Origin: an uncultured Enterovirga sp.
Lineage (GTDB): Bacteria; Pseudomonadota; Alphaproteobacteria; Rhizobiales; Beijerinckiaceae
Length of the DNA: 64,000 nucleotides
NCBI GenBank assembly: GCA_964244795.1
Contig: CAXTKM010000001.1
Span: 318-64,317 of the forward strand
Reading direction: 5' to 3'
Shown piece after piece: positions 45,362 to 55,778 of this stretch. The position numbers were made by a program, and so were the translations under genes. How positions within the stretch are numbered: position 1 is the stretch's first letter; each line of letters begins with the position of its first letter. The notes below the pieces were generated by a model. It was not told the DNA's origin and ran no database searches. It saw nothing but the letters and a program-made list of their open reading frames with translations.

Positions 45362-47727
45362 GCCAATTCTCGGAGGATGCGACCGACCGTGCCGGCGTAG
45401 TCGTTCCAGGTGACGAAGGCGCGGCGACCGGCCTGCTCTCGCAACGTCGAGAGGAGCAGGTCGTTGCCGGCGAGTTCCTCGATCGCCGCCGAAAGCTCCC
45501 GATCATTCGAGGCGTCGACCATGAGACAGCCTCCCTCCTGGGCGAGCTCCGCCATCACCCCATCCTCGTGGCAGATGGCGGGGCAGCCCGTCCAAAGGCT
45601 CTCCATGATCGGCAGCCCGAACCCTTCCGCGAGCGATGGGTAGACGGTGAAAGACGCCCGGTCGTACAGCGCGGCCAGGTCCTCGTCGGATAGGATGCGG
45701 TGCCAGACGATGGTCTCGTCCCCGTCCATCGTCTCCTTCAGCCAGCTCGAAAGGTCGCCGGAGCCGGAATAGCTGTTCCCGACGAGGTGTAGCCTGATCG
45801 GCAGATCGGGCCGCCGTCGGCGAAGGTCCTGAAAAGCCTTCACCAAGGCGCGATGATTCTTTCGGGGCTCGATCGTCGACACGCAGAGGACCTCGACCGG
45901 CTCTGCTGTCCGCCGGCCACTCGGCTTCTTGGCGCGGCGGTCACTCTCGCCGAACTGGCCTGGAAGCCAGACGGCCTCCGCCTCGACCTTCGCGTCCATC
46001 CCGGCTTCCCGGCGGTATCGGTGGAATTCGGCCGCCGTGAAGCTCGAGATGGCCAGGATCTTGTCCGTCGCCGCCACGGCCTCGAGATAGGCCGGGAACA
46101 CCGCCGAGATGGCTGGGCTCACGTATTGGGCCTGATAGATCGGCAGCAGGTCGTACAGGATGGACGCGGTCGCGAGCTGGTGCCGTTTTCCCCAGGCGAC
46201 ACGGTCCGGCGCCGAACCGTCGAGCGCGATCTCCGGCAGGAAGAGCACCGGGCGGCGACCGAGCACCGGATCCGACGCACGTAGGATCGCGTCCGTCGCA
46301 TCTCCATTCGACCAGGCATGGGCCACGGTGCCCAACCAGTCGAGAGGCCCGAAATTGCTCGCGAGGTACCCGGTCCTCGGATCGACGAGACGGTAGGTCT
46401 CGCGTTCCCCATTCCACGCCAGGAAGACGACATCGAGATCCGACCGGGAGGCGAGCTCCGCCGTCAGCCTCCGGGTCACGCGAACCACACCTGAATTGGC
46501 CGGGTCTCGGCAGGAGTTGGAGACGTCCGCGAGAACGAGCCTCCGCCCCGGCGGCGGCGTCGCTGCTGCCGGAACGGACGGCCGCGCGAGCCGCACGATC
46601 GCGCGGGTCCAGCGGGCAAGGACGTCGTTCCAGCCGAACCGATCCCGGAATGCGGCGAAGGGATCGAGGGCCCGGATCGCCGCTGGACAGCCGTCCTGGA
46701 GAAGCATGACCGCCTTGTCGCGCATCTCCGCTTCATCGACGCACAGGAGCCACGGGTCGGCGATCACCTCCGGATGGGCGCCGACATCGAAGGCGAGCAC
46801 GGGCTTTCCGAGCTGCTGCATCTCGGCGATGGGCAGGTTGAAACCTTCCCACAGGCTCATGCTCATCCCGAGCGACATCCTGTCCATCACCCGGACAAGC
46901 GCCTCGTCGCCGATCGGCCCGAGCACGATGACCGCGTCCTCGAGATCAAGTGGTACGAGCACCTGCTCGGTGCCCCCGAGAACCACGAGGCACGTGGTCG
47001 GCACATCGATACGGATCTGGATCAGCAGGTCGAAGATCGCCGGCGAGTTCTTGTAGCCTTCGGCTTCGAAACGGCCCGAGAGCAGGATCGGCCTCGCCCC
47101 CTCGGCGATGCGCGCGTCGAGATCATCCAAGACCGCCTGCTCGTCCGCGCTCACAGGCGCGGCATCGAACCGTCGCTGCTGCAGATGGTCCGCACCCAGC
47201 AGCACCGTCTCGACGCCCTCCTGGCGGCCGCGGTCCGGTTCCGTCTGGCTCCGCCGAATGAAGTCGCTGATCGGCAGGACGGTCCCGATCGCCGGAAGCG
47301 TTCGTTGGCGAAGGCGCCTGAGCTCGGTCTGGGTCGGCAAGGCCGACGCGGGCAATCCGTCGTGCGGGACGGCACCCGCGTCGATGAAGATGCTGTCGAC
47401 ACCCATGCTGCCGGCCCGTGCGGCGAGGCCGAAGAACGGCCATCCGCCGACGACGAGCACGTCGGGACGGCTCTCCCGCCATCCCGCTATCAAGCAGGCC
47501 GACGCGTGCTCGTCGGCGTCGGCGAGGCTGAGACCGTCCGGCAATTCGATCACGTCGACACTGTCCGCCACCCGCGCCAGTGCGACCCGATCCGCCCGGA
47601 GGCACGCGAAGGAGACCTCCATTCCGGCCTGCGCGAGATGCTCCCCGAGGATCGTGAGGATCCGGTCGACCCCGAAGCGCAAGAGAAAGCGTTCGTTGCA
47701 GATCTGGACCCGCAGAGGCCTCGTCAT
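45358..47727 (-). CDS. double GT4 glycosyltransferase
   Basis: Two GT-B signatures, SLWEGFNLPIAEM and YPSLAEGFGLPIMES; SGVVRV; STIEPRKN. Confidence 0.9.
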   Translation of the reverse strand: MTRPLRVQICNERFLLRFGVDRILTILGEHLAQAGMEVSFACLRADRVALARVADSVDVIELPDGLSLADADEHASACLIAGWRESRPDVLVVGGWPFFGLAARAGSMGVDSIFIDAGAVPHDGLPASALPTQTELRRLRQRTLPAIGTVLPISDFIRRSQTEPDRGRQEGVETVLLGADHLQQRRFDAAPVSADEQAVLDDLDARIAEGARPILLSGRFEAEGYKNSPAIFDLLIQIRIDVPTTCLVVLGGTEQVLVPLDLEDAVIVLGPIGDEALVRVMDRMSLGMSMSLWEGFNLPIAEMQQLGKPVLAFDVGAHPEVIADPWLLCVDEAEMRDKAVMLLQDGCPAAIRALDPFAAFRDRFGWNDVLARWTRAIVRLARPSVPAAATPPPGRRLVLADVSNSCRDPANSGVVRVTRRLTAELASRSDLDVVFLAWNGERETYRLVDPRTGYLASNFGPLDWLGTVAHAWSNGDATDAILRASDPVLGRRPVLFLPEIALDGSAPDRVAWGKRHQLATASILYDLLPIYQAQYVSPAISAVFPAYLEAVAATDKILAISSFTAAEFHRYRREAGMDAKVEAEAVWLPGQFGESDRRAKKPSGRRTAEPVEVLCVSTIEPRKNHRALVKAFQDLRRRRPDLPIRLHLVGNSYSGSGDLSSWLKETMDGDETIVWHRILSDEDLAALYDRASFTVYPSLAEGFGLPIMESLWTGCPAICHEDGVMAELAQEGGCLMVDASNDRELSAAIEELAGNDLLLSTLREQAGRRAFVTWNDYAGTVGRILRELA

Positions 47728-49478
47728 GTCGATGCCGTCTCGGTGGTGAGATTGAACGAAGCGGACGGTTGAAGGGCGTTGAGGAGCCGGGCGGAGGCTG
47801 GACCCGCCTCGCGAGCGCGAGCCCCCGAGTCCGGCTCCTCCGCCATCGCGGCGATCAGGCCGGCCGCTTCGATGAGGGACCGGTAGGTCGCCAGGACTCC
47901 ATGCCCTGCCACGAGATCGGCCAGGATGGAGATGTCGGGCACGAGAAGCGGGATTCCCGCCCGCAGGGCTCGCGTTGCGATGTCCGGAGCGGGGTCCTTG
48001 TCGTCACTCCAGAACCAGACGAGCTTCGCGTTCCGCCAGACCAGCTCGCAAGCCCATTCGTGCCAGATGAACCGTATCCGCGGCCGCTTGTCTTCGACGA
48101 GGTGGAACCGATGCAGCAGAAGATGAAGTCGGTCGGGCACGATCCGGCCGGCACAGATGACGACGATCTCGTCTCCGGTCAGAGACGATCCTGAACCCGA
48201 CGCATACACCTGCTCGAGCCGATCGAGTGTCGTCTCCTCGTCGAAGAGGTGGCGCCTTGCCCGATTGAAAGCGCCGAAGCGACGAACCTGATCCGGCTCA
48301 CGCACGAGCCGCGCCATGGCGCCGGCGAGATCCTCGGCCGAGCCGGGTGGAACGAGAAGGCCGGACTGGCCGTCGTCCACCAGGTCCGCGTGGCCGCCGA
48401 TCCGCGTCGCGATCTGAGCCTTCCCGGCCGCGATCGCCTCGAGCAACGTGACGGGCTCGTTCTCGGGCCAGATCGACGGCAGGACCACGACGTCGGACCC
48501 TGCAAGGACGTCGAGCGCGTCGGCACGGGGCAGACGCCCGAGGTACCTGACGGCGCCCCGGAACCGACCCTTGGCGATGTCGCTCTCGAGCTGCTCGGCC
48601 AAGTGCCCGTGCCCGGCGATCGTGAGCGACCACCGTCCCGCAAGCGCAGCGTCCGCGGCGAGCCGCTCGGCGGCGTCGAGCAGCACCGGAATGCCCTTGT
48701 GCGGACCGAGATAGCCGAAGCAGGCGAACCGGAGGACGTCCTGCGGCTCCCGCTCGCGCAAAGGGACGCCGCTCAGGTCGATGCCGTTGGAGAGTGGCGC
48801 GACGGGTCGGAAGACCACGCCGCTGCGGGCGTAGGCGTCAGCCATGTAGCGGCTTGGGCTGAGGAGCAGATCTGCCCTGTCGAGACACCAGGCGACGTAG
48901 TCGCGCCGGAGGCGGATCGGCAGCTCGACGGCGTCCGGCAGGGTGATGCGGGGACGGCAGACGGCGCATTGCTCCGGATCGTCGCAGACGCGATCATCGT
49001 TGCGCAGCAGCGTGTTCTTGAAGCAGAAGCCCCAGTGATCGTGCAACGTCACGATCACGCGCGCCCCGGTCCGCTTGGCTGCCGGTATCAGCGACATGCC
49101 GAGGCCCGCGACGTTGTGGGCGTGGACGATGTCGGGCTTCCAGGTCGCCATGATCGCGGTCAGGCGCCGCTCCGCCTCGGCCCAGCGGAAGTTGTCCGAA
49201 GGCTCGAAGGAGCGATGAACCACCCGGTAGACGAGGATGCCGTCGTCATCCTCGACAGTGAGGGAACCCGGCGTGGCACCGTTCGGCATGCCGCCCGCGA
49301 GAACGGCGACCGCGTGCCCGCGCCTGAGAAGCGCCCTGGCTTGCCGGTGGGCGACGATTTCGGCTCCGCCGACCACATGGGGCGGAAACAGGTTGCTCAC
49401 GATCAGAATGCGTTTCCGCGCTCGCTCGTCGGGCGACGTAGGGCTCCCGTCGGACGCGGCGGCGGCGGCCGATATCAT
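47724..49478 (-). CDS. GT4 glycosyltransferase with C-terminal extension
   Basis: SNLFPPHVVGGAE, TLHDHWGFC, HKG, PSIWPENEP..LLEA; ATGA overlap with the upstream gene. Confidence 0.9.
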   Translation of the reverse strand: MISAAAAASDGSPTSPDERARKRILIVSNLFPPHVVGGAEIVAHRQARALLRRGHAVAVLAGGMPNGATPGSLTVEDDDGILVYRVVHRSFEPSDNFRWAEAERRLTAIMATWKPDIVHAHNVAGLGMSLIPAAKRTGARVIVTLHDHWGFCFKNTLLRNDDRVCDDPEQCAVCRPRITLPDAVELPIRLRRDYVAWCLDRADLLLSPSRYMADAYARSGVVFRPVAPLSNGIDLSGVPLREREPQDVLRFACFGYLGPHKGIPVLLDAAERLAADAALAGRWSLTIAGHGHLAEQLESDIAKGRFRGAVRYLGRLPRADALDVLAGSDVVVLPSIWPENEPVTLLEAIAAGKAQIATRIGGHADLVDDGQSGLLVPPGSAEDLAGAMARLVREPDQVRRFGAFNRARRHLFDEETTLDRLEQVYASGSGSSLTGDEIVVICAGRIVPDRLHLLLHRFHLVEDKRPRIRFIWHEWACELVWRNAKLVWFWSDDKDPAPDIATRALRAGIPLLVPDISILADLVAGHGVLATYRSLIEAAGLIAAMAEEPDSGARAREAGPASARLLNALQPSASFNLTTETAST

Positions 49479-50152
49479 AAGAGGATCGACAGGTCGGGCG
49501 CGCAATGGTGAAGGCAGCGGATGGACGTCGCTGCGCTCTCGCGGATCAGCGGCTCGCCGTCCCGCCGGGACGCATCCAGGTAGGCCAGCCCGAGCCCTCC
49601 CCAGACCTCAGCCCGAGTGCCGCTGACGGAATGCTCGATGATCTGGCCCGGGATGAAGTCGAGGTCGACGAAATGAAGATGCGGGTTGCTGGCCCAATCG
49701 GCGGCCAGGATGCCGCGACGTGTGCCGGGATTGCCCGAATCGTGCATCAGGATGAAGAGCGGTTCTGCCGGCTGGTAGGCCAGGATCAGGTCGAGGTCGC
49801 GACGGACGCCCGCCTCCGAGTGATCCGCATCGACCAGGACGAAGTTGAGGGGGATGCCGCGCTGGCTGAAGCTCGCGAGCGCCTGCGGGATGAGCTCGAC
49901 GGAGTCCCCTATCCTCAGCTCCGCGTTCGGCGGGCACACGAATCGTGTCGGGACGGCCGGATCGATGTCGATGGCGATGATGTGCTCGGCGAACTGGCTG
50001 GTGAGCGAGAGGCTGCCGCCGTGATAGACGCCGACCTCGAGGGCGCCCTTCGGGCGCACGCGTGCGAGAAGCCCCGTCAGCCCGATCTGCTCCCAGGGCA
50101 TCATCTGCCAATTGTTCAGGACGACGCCGGGGTACAATATCTCGTTGAACAT
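49475..50152 (-). CDS. class I SAM-dependent methyltransferase (Methyltransf_24-like)
   Basis: LEVGVYHGGS, IDID, GDS, LVDADHSE.GVRRD, MHD. Confidence 0.85.
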   Translation of the reverse strand: MFNEILYPGVVLNNWQMMPWEQIGLTGLLARVRPKGALEVGVYHGGSLSLTSQFAEHIIAIDIDPAVPTRFVCPPNAELRIGDSVELIPQALASFSQRGIPLNFVLVDADHSEAGVRRDLDLILAYQPAEPLFILMHDSGNPGTRRGILAADWASNPHLHFVDLDFIPGQIIEHSVSGTRAEVWGGLGLAYLDASRRDGEPLIRESAATSIRCLHHCAPDLSILL

Positions 50153-51329
50153 ACGTCCTGATCTCCAGGCGACCGGCACAGCCCGCTCGCATCCATCGCC
50201 GGCATGACGATCACGCTACAGCGGCACAAGCCGAGGCTCGACGACTCTGCATGCACGACGCGCGTGCCCGTAGAAGACGAGCTACGAATGTCTCAGCATG
50301 TAATCATCCATACAGCCGGGTGACCGTTCTGCGACCGACATTGATACAATGATAGGGATGACCGACTGAGCGTCACTTTTCGGAGCGTCGGGTGCTCGTG
50401 AGACTTCGCGCCATCGCTCCATGCTTTCGCCACGTGAAGCTTTCGCGACCATCGAGCCTCCGTAACGTCTCCGTGCATATCGCTAGCGACACCTCGGCGC
50501 CGTGTCTAGGGTTCCGCGCGAATGGGCGCCACCCCTACTAAGCGATTGTATCATCTCACCTCCTTGAGTAGCGCGGCTCCTGCATTTGCAATTGCACGAA
50601 GGTTTGCCACTATAGGCCTTACAGGTTGGCGGCAGACTTGGAAGATTTGCTCTTGGCTCAGGATCTATTATCTGTTCTGATTCGAGCGAATAGCAATGAT
50701 CGCGTGCCGGCACATCAACGCTCTGTCATGGCTGTTCTTGGCCGGCATTTGAGATGGTGTTGATCTCGCCGTAGTTTCCACTTTCGCACGACCTCGCGAG
50801 GGTCGATGACCGGCGCGTGGTGGGCGTCGTCGTCTTCGTTGCGCTGATACGGGTTACGCAGGGCGCGACCCGTTGGGGAATACGGTCCCGTCAGCCGCTC
50901 GACGGTGCTTCATCCGCTGGAGCGGAATGGGCGTCGGCAACCGCGACTTCGGAGCCCTGGCGGCCGCAGCGGGCGGCCCCGAGACGGCGATGGCTGATCG
51001 GCAGACCTCAGTCAGCCTCTTGTGGCTGTGATCGATGTGCCCTGAATCCGGCATGCTGCCGGGACGAGGCTTCGACTGAAACAAAGGGAGGCATGATCTA
51101 TCGCGAACGCGTGCTGGCTTCGGTCCACCTCGACTCCGACGCCCGTCGGTGCTCAAAGGCGCGTGTCGGAACGATCCGGGCCCTTGAGCACCGACGGCGT
51201 GGAGCGGTGACGATCGACTCCGGGGCTCGAGCGCACGGTTGCGGATGGCGCGATCTCCCTGATCACATTGGCGATCAAGCTATATTCCTCGGCGTGACGC
51301 GACAGCTAGCTGCTGAACGGAGCAGACGG

Positions 51330-53861
51330 ATGCAGACCTCTCAACAAGTCTCGGAAGCGCTGGACGCGATGTTCAAGCAGCCTCAGGGCCTTTACGGCAG
51401 CTTCGACACGATACCCGTCATCAGCCAGTTCGGACATGCCCGCCGCGTCGAGCTTCTAGACCGGCTGAATGTCGGCGACGTCAAGCCGATGACGTGCGTC
51501 GATTTCGGCATGGGGAGCTGGGCTTTCGGCTCGGTGTATGGCCGCCTGCACGGCTGCGCTCGCGCGATCGGGATGGACATCTCGAACACCGCCATCGACC
51601 TGTCGCGTCGGCTCGTGGCCGAGACCAGGCCGACATACGCCGACGTCTTCGAGACGTATCAGTCCGACGGGATGGAGATCCCGCTACCGGACGCCTCGGT
51701 CGACCTGTTTTTCTCCGGCGAAAGCATCGAGCACGTCAGATTTCCGCCTCGTTATCTCGCCGAGATCTATCGTGTCCTCAAGGCCGACGGCCAGGTCGTC
51801 ATCACGACACCGAACAAGGCAGCCATCAAATACCGTGAAAGAGGGGAGGAGTACTGCACGAGCCCCGAGCATTTCTGGCTTTTCGACCATGACGAGCTCG
51901 TCGGGATGGTGTCGGAATTCTTCGATATCAAGGAGATCTATGGGTTCAACGGCAGCCTCGGCAGCCACGAGGAGGATCGCGAGACGGTCGACCGGACCGA
52001 GACCGAGCGCTGGAGCCGGATGTTCGAGAACGAGCCGGCGAACGCGACCGGTATCGTGCTTCGGGCGGTCAAGCGGCCGGGCGTCGCGACGAACTACGTC
52101 GTGGAAGACATCGTCGCCGCGAAGGTCACGGCTGTCGGGTCCGACACGTATCTCCCGCTCGAATTCGGCCTGAAGGGTCTGCTTCTCAGCGACCCGGCGC
52201 AGACCGTCACGATCGAGCGCCCGCCGAGCGACGGCATGGTCTGTCGTTTCTGGTCCCATCTGTGGAGCGGGATCGCGAGCGTGGCGCAGGAGCATCGCGT
52301 CGGTGAGATCGACCTCTACACGAAGGTGCCCGGCTGGCAGAACTGGGTGAGCCGCGAGCGGACCTCGACGCCGTCCACGATCGTCGTGACGCCGACGGGC
52401 TCGCGGAACGAACGCGCCCTCGCGTCACAGGTCATCTTCTACGAGGCCTTCGTCTGGTTCCGGCGGGATCGCGAAGGGCGAGAACTGGCGGCGGCGTTGC
52501 CGTCGCCGCAGGCCGGATCGCGCGGGCCTTCCTACCAGGCAGGCTACGGGTTCGCCCGCTTTCAGCCGTTCGTGGGCACGACCGTCTTCCATTGGTTCGG
52601 GCCGACGGAGGGCAACGTTCGCGGCCCCTGGCAGCCCGTTGGCGGCCGGCAGGTCTGGGACGGCACCGTGGAGTTCTGGAAGCGGCAGATCCACGAGATG
52701 ATGCTGGCCAACATCGACGCGATCTACCTGCATCTCATCCCGACTTACGAAAGCTACAGGGTCAACTTCTTCAAGGCATACGGACATCTGCGCCGGATGG
52801 GCTGGGACGTCCCCAAGATCGCTCCCTTCCTCGATCCGTTCGGGATCTGGCGCGAAGCACCGATCGATCTTGCGACTGACGAAGGCAAGGAGATCTTCGT
52901 CGGTGAGTACATCCGCTTCTTCGATCAATACTTCGCCGAGAACGATGATGAGCAGGCGGCGAGTTTCCTGCTGATGGTCGATGGGCGGCTGTGCATCAGC
53001 ACCTGGTGGGTGTCGTTGCTGCGAAACGTCCAGGCGCTCACGCGCGACGATGTCGAGTTTCGCCTACGGGCGCGATTCGCGTCGCGCATTCCCCAGCTCG
53101 CCCAGGGCATCTACACGATGACGACGGCGCTCATCGATCCCGACCTCACGTTCTCCGATGAGCGGATGGTCATGTTCTCGGGCTATGCCTACGCCATTCA
53201 CTCCGTGCACAAGGACGTCGATGTCTGGCATGTCCAGGCGGGCTATTGGGATCAGAACATCCGGAGCCCCGGCTACTTGATGCCGCGCGACGGTGGGAAG
53301 AACTACCGCCGAGCCTGGGACATCGTCGCCGCCAACATGCCTTATGTCGGCCGCGTCTATATCGAGAGCTGGAACGAATACGACGAAGGCTCGGGGATCT
53401 ATGCAGCAGATCCGGGCGGCCCATTCGTCGACCCGGCGCAGCATACAAACACCGACACGTTCTCCGACCGCGGCGATCCATACGAGTACGTTCTGACGAC
53501 GGCAGAAGGCGCGGCGAAGATCAATGGGCGCCCGGCGAAGGCGGGGCAAATTCTTGCTTCGCAAATGCAGCGTGAGAACGCGGGTCAGCGTTCCATCCTT
53601 CACGCTTGGGTCCGCAACGAGGGCAACGTTCGCTGGCTGTCGACCTCGGCTCCGTCGCTCCGATTGACGGCGGGCGGCGCGAGCCGGTCCGTGTCGTTGG
53701 CGGATAGCTGGGTCGATGCGTCACCTCTCGGTGTCGTGAGAGGTGAGGTGGTGCTGGTCACGGTAGCGATCGAGGAGAGCGAGGCCGATGGCCTCGTTCT
53801 CCAGCTTCACGACGGCGAGACGACCTTGGGAGCCGAGGCGGCCGCGCTGCCGAACGGGTGA
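51330..53861 (+). CDS. SAM methyltransferase fused to a GH99/GH71-like (DUF5010-like) glycoside hydrolase barrel
   Basis: N-terminal VDFGMG/GMDIS/ESIEHV/RVLK.DG; C-terminal VFHWF, FWKRQI.EM..ANID, IESWNEYDEGSGI; GGAG RBS. Confidence 0.8.
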   Translation: MQTSQQVSEALDAMFKQPQGLYGSFDTIPVISQFGHARRVELLDRLNVGDVKPMTCVDFGMGSWAFGSVYGRLHGCARAIGMDISNTAIDLSRRLVAETRPTYADVFETYQSDGMEIPLPDASVDLFFSGESIEHVRFPPRYLAEIYRVLKADGQVVITTPNKAAIKYRERGEEYCTSPEHFWLFDHDELVGMVSEFFDIKEIYGFNGSLGSHEEDRETVDRTETERWSRMFENEPANATGIVLRAVKRPGVATNYVVEDIVAAKVTAVGSDTYLPLEFGLKGLLLSDPAQTVTIERPPSDGMVCRFWSHLWSGIASVAQEHRVGEIDLYTKVPGWQNWVSRERTSTPSTIVVTPTGSRNERALASQVIFYEAFVWFRRDREGRELAAALPSPQAGSRGPSYQAGYGFARFQPFVGTTVFHWFGPTEGNVRGPWQPVGGRQVWDGTVEFWKRQIHEMMLANIDAIYLHLIPTYESYRVNFFKAYGHLRRMGWDVPKIAPFLDPFGIWREAPIDLATDEGKEIFVGEYIRFFDQYFAENDDEQAASFLLMVDGRLCISTWWVSLLRNVQALTRDDVEFRLRARFASRIPQLAQGIYTMTTALIDPDLTFSDERMVMFSGYAYAIHSVHKDVDVWHVQAGYWDQNIRSPGYLMPRDGGKNYRRAWDIVAANMPYVGRVYIESWNEYDEGSGIYAADPGGPFVDPAQHTNTDTFSDRGDPYEYVLTTAEGAAKINGRPAKAGQILASQMQRENAGQRSILHAWVRNEGNVRWLSTSAPSLRLTAGGASRSVSLADSWVDASPLGVVRGEVVLVTVAIEESEADGLVLQLHDGETTLGAEAAALPNG

Positions 53862-55417
53862 GGCCCGGTCAGGTCGGCCCGCAGCTTGATCTCCGCCCGG
53901 GCAAGCTGAATGGTGAGCCGCTCGAGGTCATGCATGAGAGGGCCATGCTGTCTATGTAGGCTGTCGCGCTCGCTTTGAAGATCGTCGAGCCGGCGCTTGG
54001 CGGCTGTCTGCTCCGCGACGATTTCGACTCGCTCCCGGGTCAATGCCATCACCTCGGACGAGAGCGCCTCGCAGCGGTCTTTGAGGCTCTCGTTCTCCTC
54101 GGACCGAACGCGCGAGGCGGCGAGGTCGGCCTCCGCCTTGCCGAGACGTTCGAGAAGCCCCGCATGGCTCGCCGTCACGCGGCTGAATTCAGCCCGCAGG
54201 CCGATGAGCTCGCCCTGAGCGAGGGCGGCGGGGGCGATCCGATCGAACGAGGCTTCGCTCTCCGCGGTCCGAACGCGCAGGGCTTCGCTCTCAGCGGTTT
54301 GAACGCGCAGCGCCGCGAGCTCAGCGTCTGCCTTCTCGAGCCGGCCGAGGAGTTCGCCATGGCTGGCGCTCGTTCGGGTGAGTTCCGCCTCGAGCCGGAC
54401 GAGAGCTTCAGCATGGCTGGCGGTCGTTCGGTCGAACTCCGCACGGAGCCCGAGGAGCTCGCCCTGGGCGAGCGCAGCCGGAGCGACGCGCTCGAAAAAG
54501 GCCCCCGCTTGGGAAAGCGCTTCGAGCTCGGCTCGAGCGGCGTCTCTCTCCCGCCTCGTCGCGGTCAGCTCGGCCGCGAGCGAACCGAAGTCACGCGGCT
54601 GACCTTGCGCGCTGATCCGCGAATCGTTCGGCGCGAAGAGAAAATGATCGTGCACGTTCGGCGGAAGAGCCAGCGCCTCGATTCGCTCGGAATCCTCCTC
54701 CCGCACATAGAACCGGTTGAGGCCGTCAAACCATGCGAAACGATAGTCGGACGCGAGGACATGCGGTTCCCAGGAGCGCCAGTTGCCCTCGGGGCTGTCG
54801 GGCTTCGTCGCCTCGATCAGGAGGATACGCGGTCGCACGGTCTGGAAGGCATATGAGGTCAGGATGGCGGTTTCCGCCCCCTCCACGTCGAGCTTCAGGA
54901 AATCGACGACGCGATCTCCGACGAAGCGTTCGAACAGCGTATTCAGCGTGATCGCTTCGACTTCGGCGACCGAGGTCGTCCCTCGATCGAGGTCCTTATG
55001 GTACTGGACGACCTCAGGCACGATCGTCGAGAGCCCGTCCATGAGCGTGAGGCGCGCCGACCCCGACCTGCCGGCCACCGCGCAGCGCAGATTGATGTCA
55101 CAGGGTCGGTCGGCCGCGAGAAGAGCGTAGAACGGCGCGTTCGGTTCGACGTTGATGCCGCGCCAGCCGGACTCATAGAACGACTTCGTCACGCTATCGA
55201 CGACGGGATGGAACGCTCCTATGTCGATGTAGAACCCATGCTCGATGTCGCGCAGGGCTCGGCGCAACAGCACGTCCTCGAAGTTCTGGGCGTACGACAC
55301 CATCGGGGGAAGCCGACCGAAAGCCCGAACCGAGGCTTGCGTCTCGCCGTCGCGGTCCGGGTTCTCGCGCGGCGCGCCCGGCTTGTTCTGGTCATCCCGC
55401 ACTTTTTGTCTCTTCAT
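53807..55417 (-). CDS. FkbM-family methyltransferase with long C-terminal coiled coil
   Basis: SYAQNFED, FYIDIGA.HP..DSVT, GW.GINVEP, LKLDVEGAE, FDGLNRFY; ~240 aa heptad-rich tail. Confidence 0.88.
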   Translation of the reverse strand: MKRQKVRDDQNKPGAPRENPDRDGETQASVRAFGRLPPMVSYAQNFEDVLLRRALRDIEHGFYIDIGAFHPVVDSVTKSFYESGWRGINVEPNAPFYALLAADRPCDINLRCAVAGRSGSARLTLMDGLSTIVPEVVQYHKDLDRGTTSVAEVEAITLNTLFERFVGDRVVDFLKLDVEGAETAILTSYAFQTVRPRILLIEATKPDSPEGNWRSWEPHVLASDYRFAWFDGLNRFYVREEDSERIEALALPPNVHDHFLFAPNDSRISAQGQPRDFGSLAAELTATRRERDAARAELEALSQAGAFFERVAPAALAQGELLGLRAEFDRTTASHAEALVRLEAELTRTSASHGELLGRLEKADAELAALRVQTAESEALRVRTAESEASFDRIAPAALAQGELIGLRAEFSRVTASHAGLLERLGKAEADLAASRVRSEENESLKDRCEALSSEVMALTRERVEIVAEQTAAKRRLDDLQSERDSLHRQHGPLMHDLERLTIQLARAEIKLRADLTGPHPFGSAAASAPKVVSPS

Positions 55418-55778
55418 CAAGCAACCCTGCGACGAGCCCTCCGACAGAAATCGCGGTCTGCAGTCGGCAGGACATATGGTCTGGGCTACCGAGACGAAAA
55501 TAGAGTGGTGTCTCACGTCTCCGCAGCCGGGGGACGCTACCAGCGTCCTGCGGCGCCACACAACCGAAATCGCGGACAGCATAGCGCCCCGCAAAGCGTA
55601 ATTGCCTGCCGAGCGTGGGGTCGACCCCAAGGCACGCGCCGCCCCGACTGGCATTGCTCCGGGGCCGAAGCGTTCGCTTGGAGAGGCGGTCGGTGCGCGC
55701 CCCACCTCTTGACAGCCGGGCCTCGCGAACCCGTCAGTAGACGTGCCGAGCGTGGCATCGATCGAGAGGGAATGACGT

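Noticed and set aside
50817-51329. 171-aa N-terminal extension of the MT-GH ORF
   Set aside because: The composition looks non-coding; ATG 51330 has an RBS and starts the methyltransferase domain.
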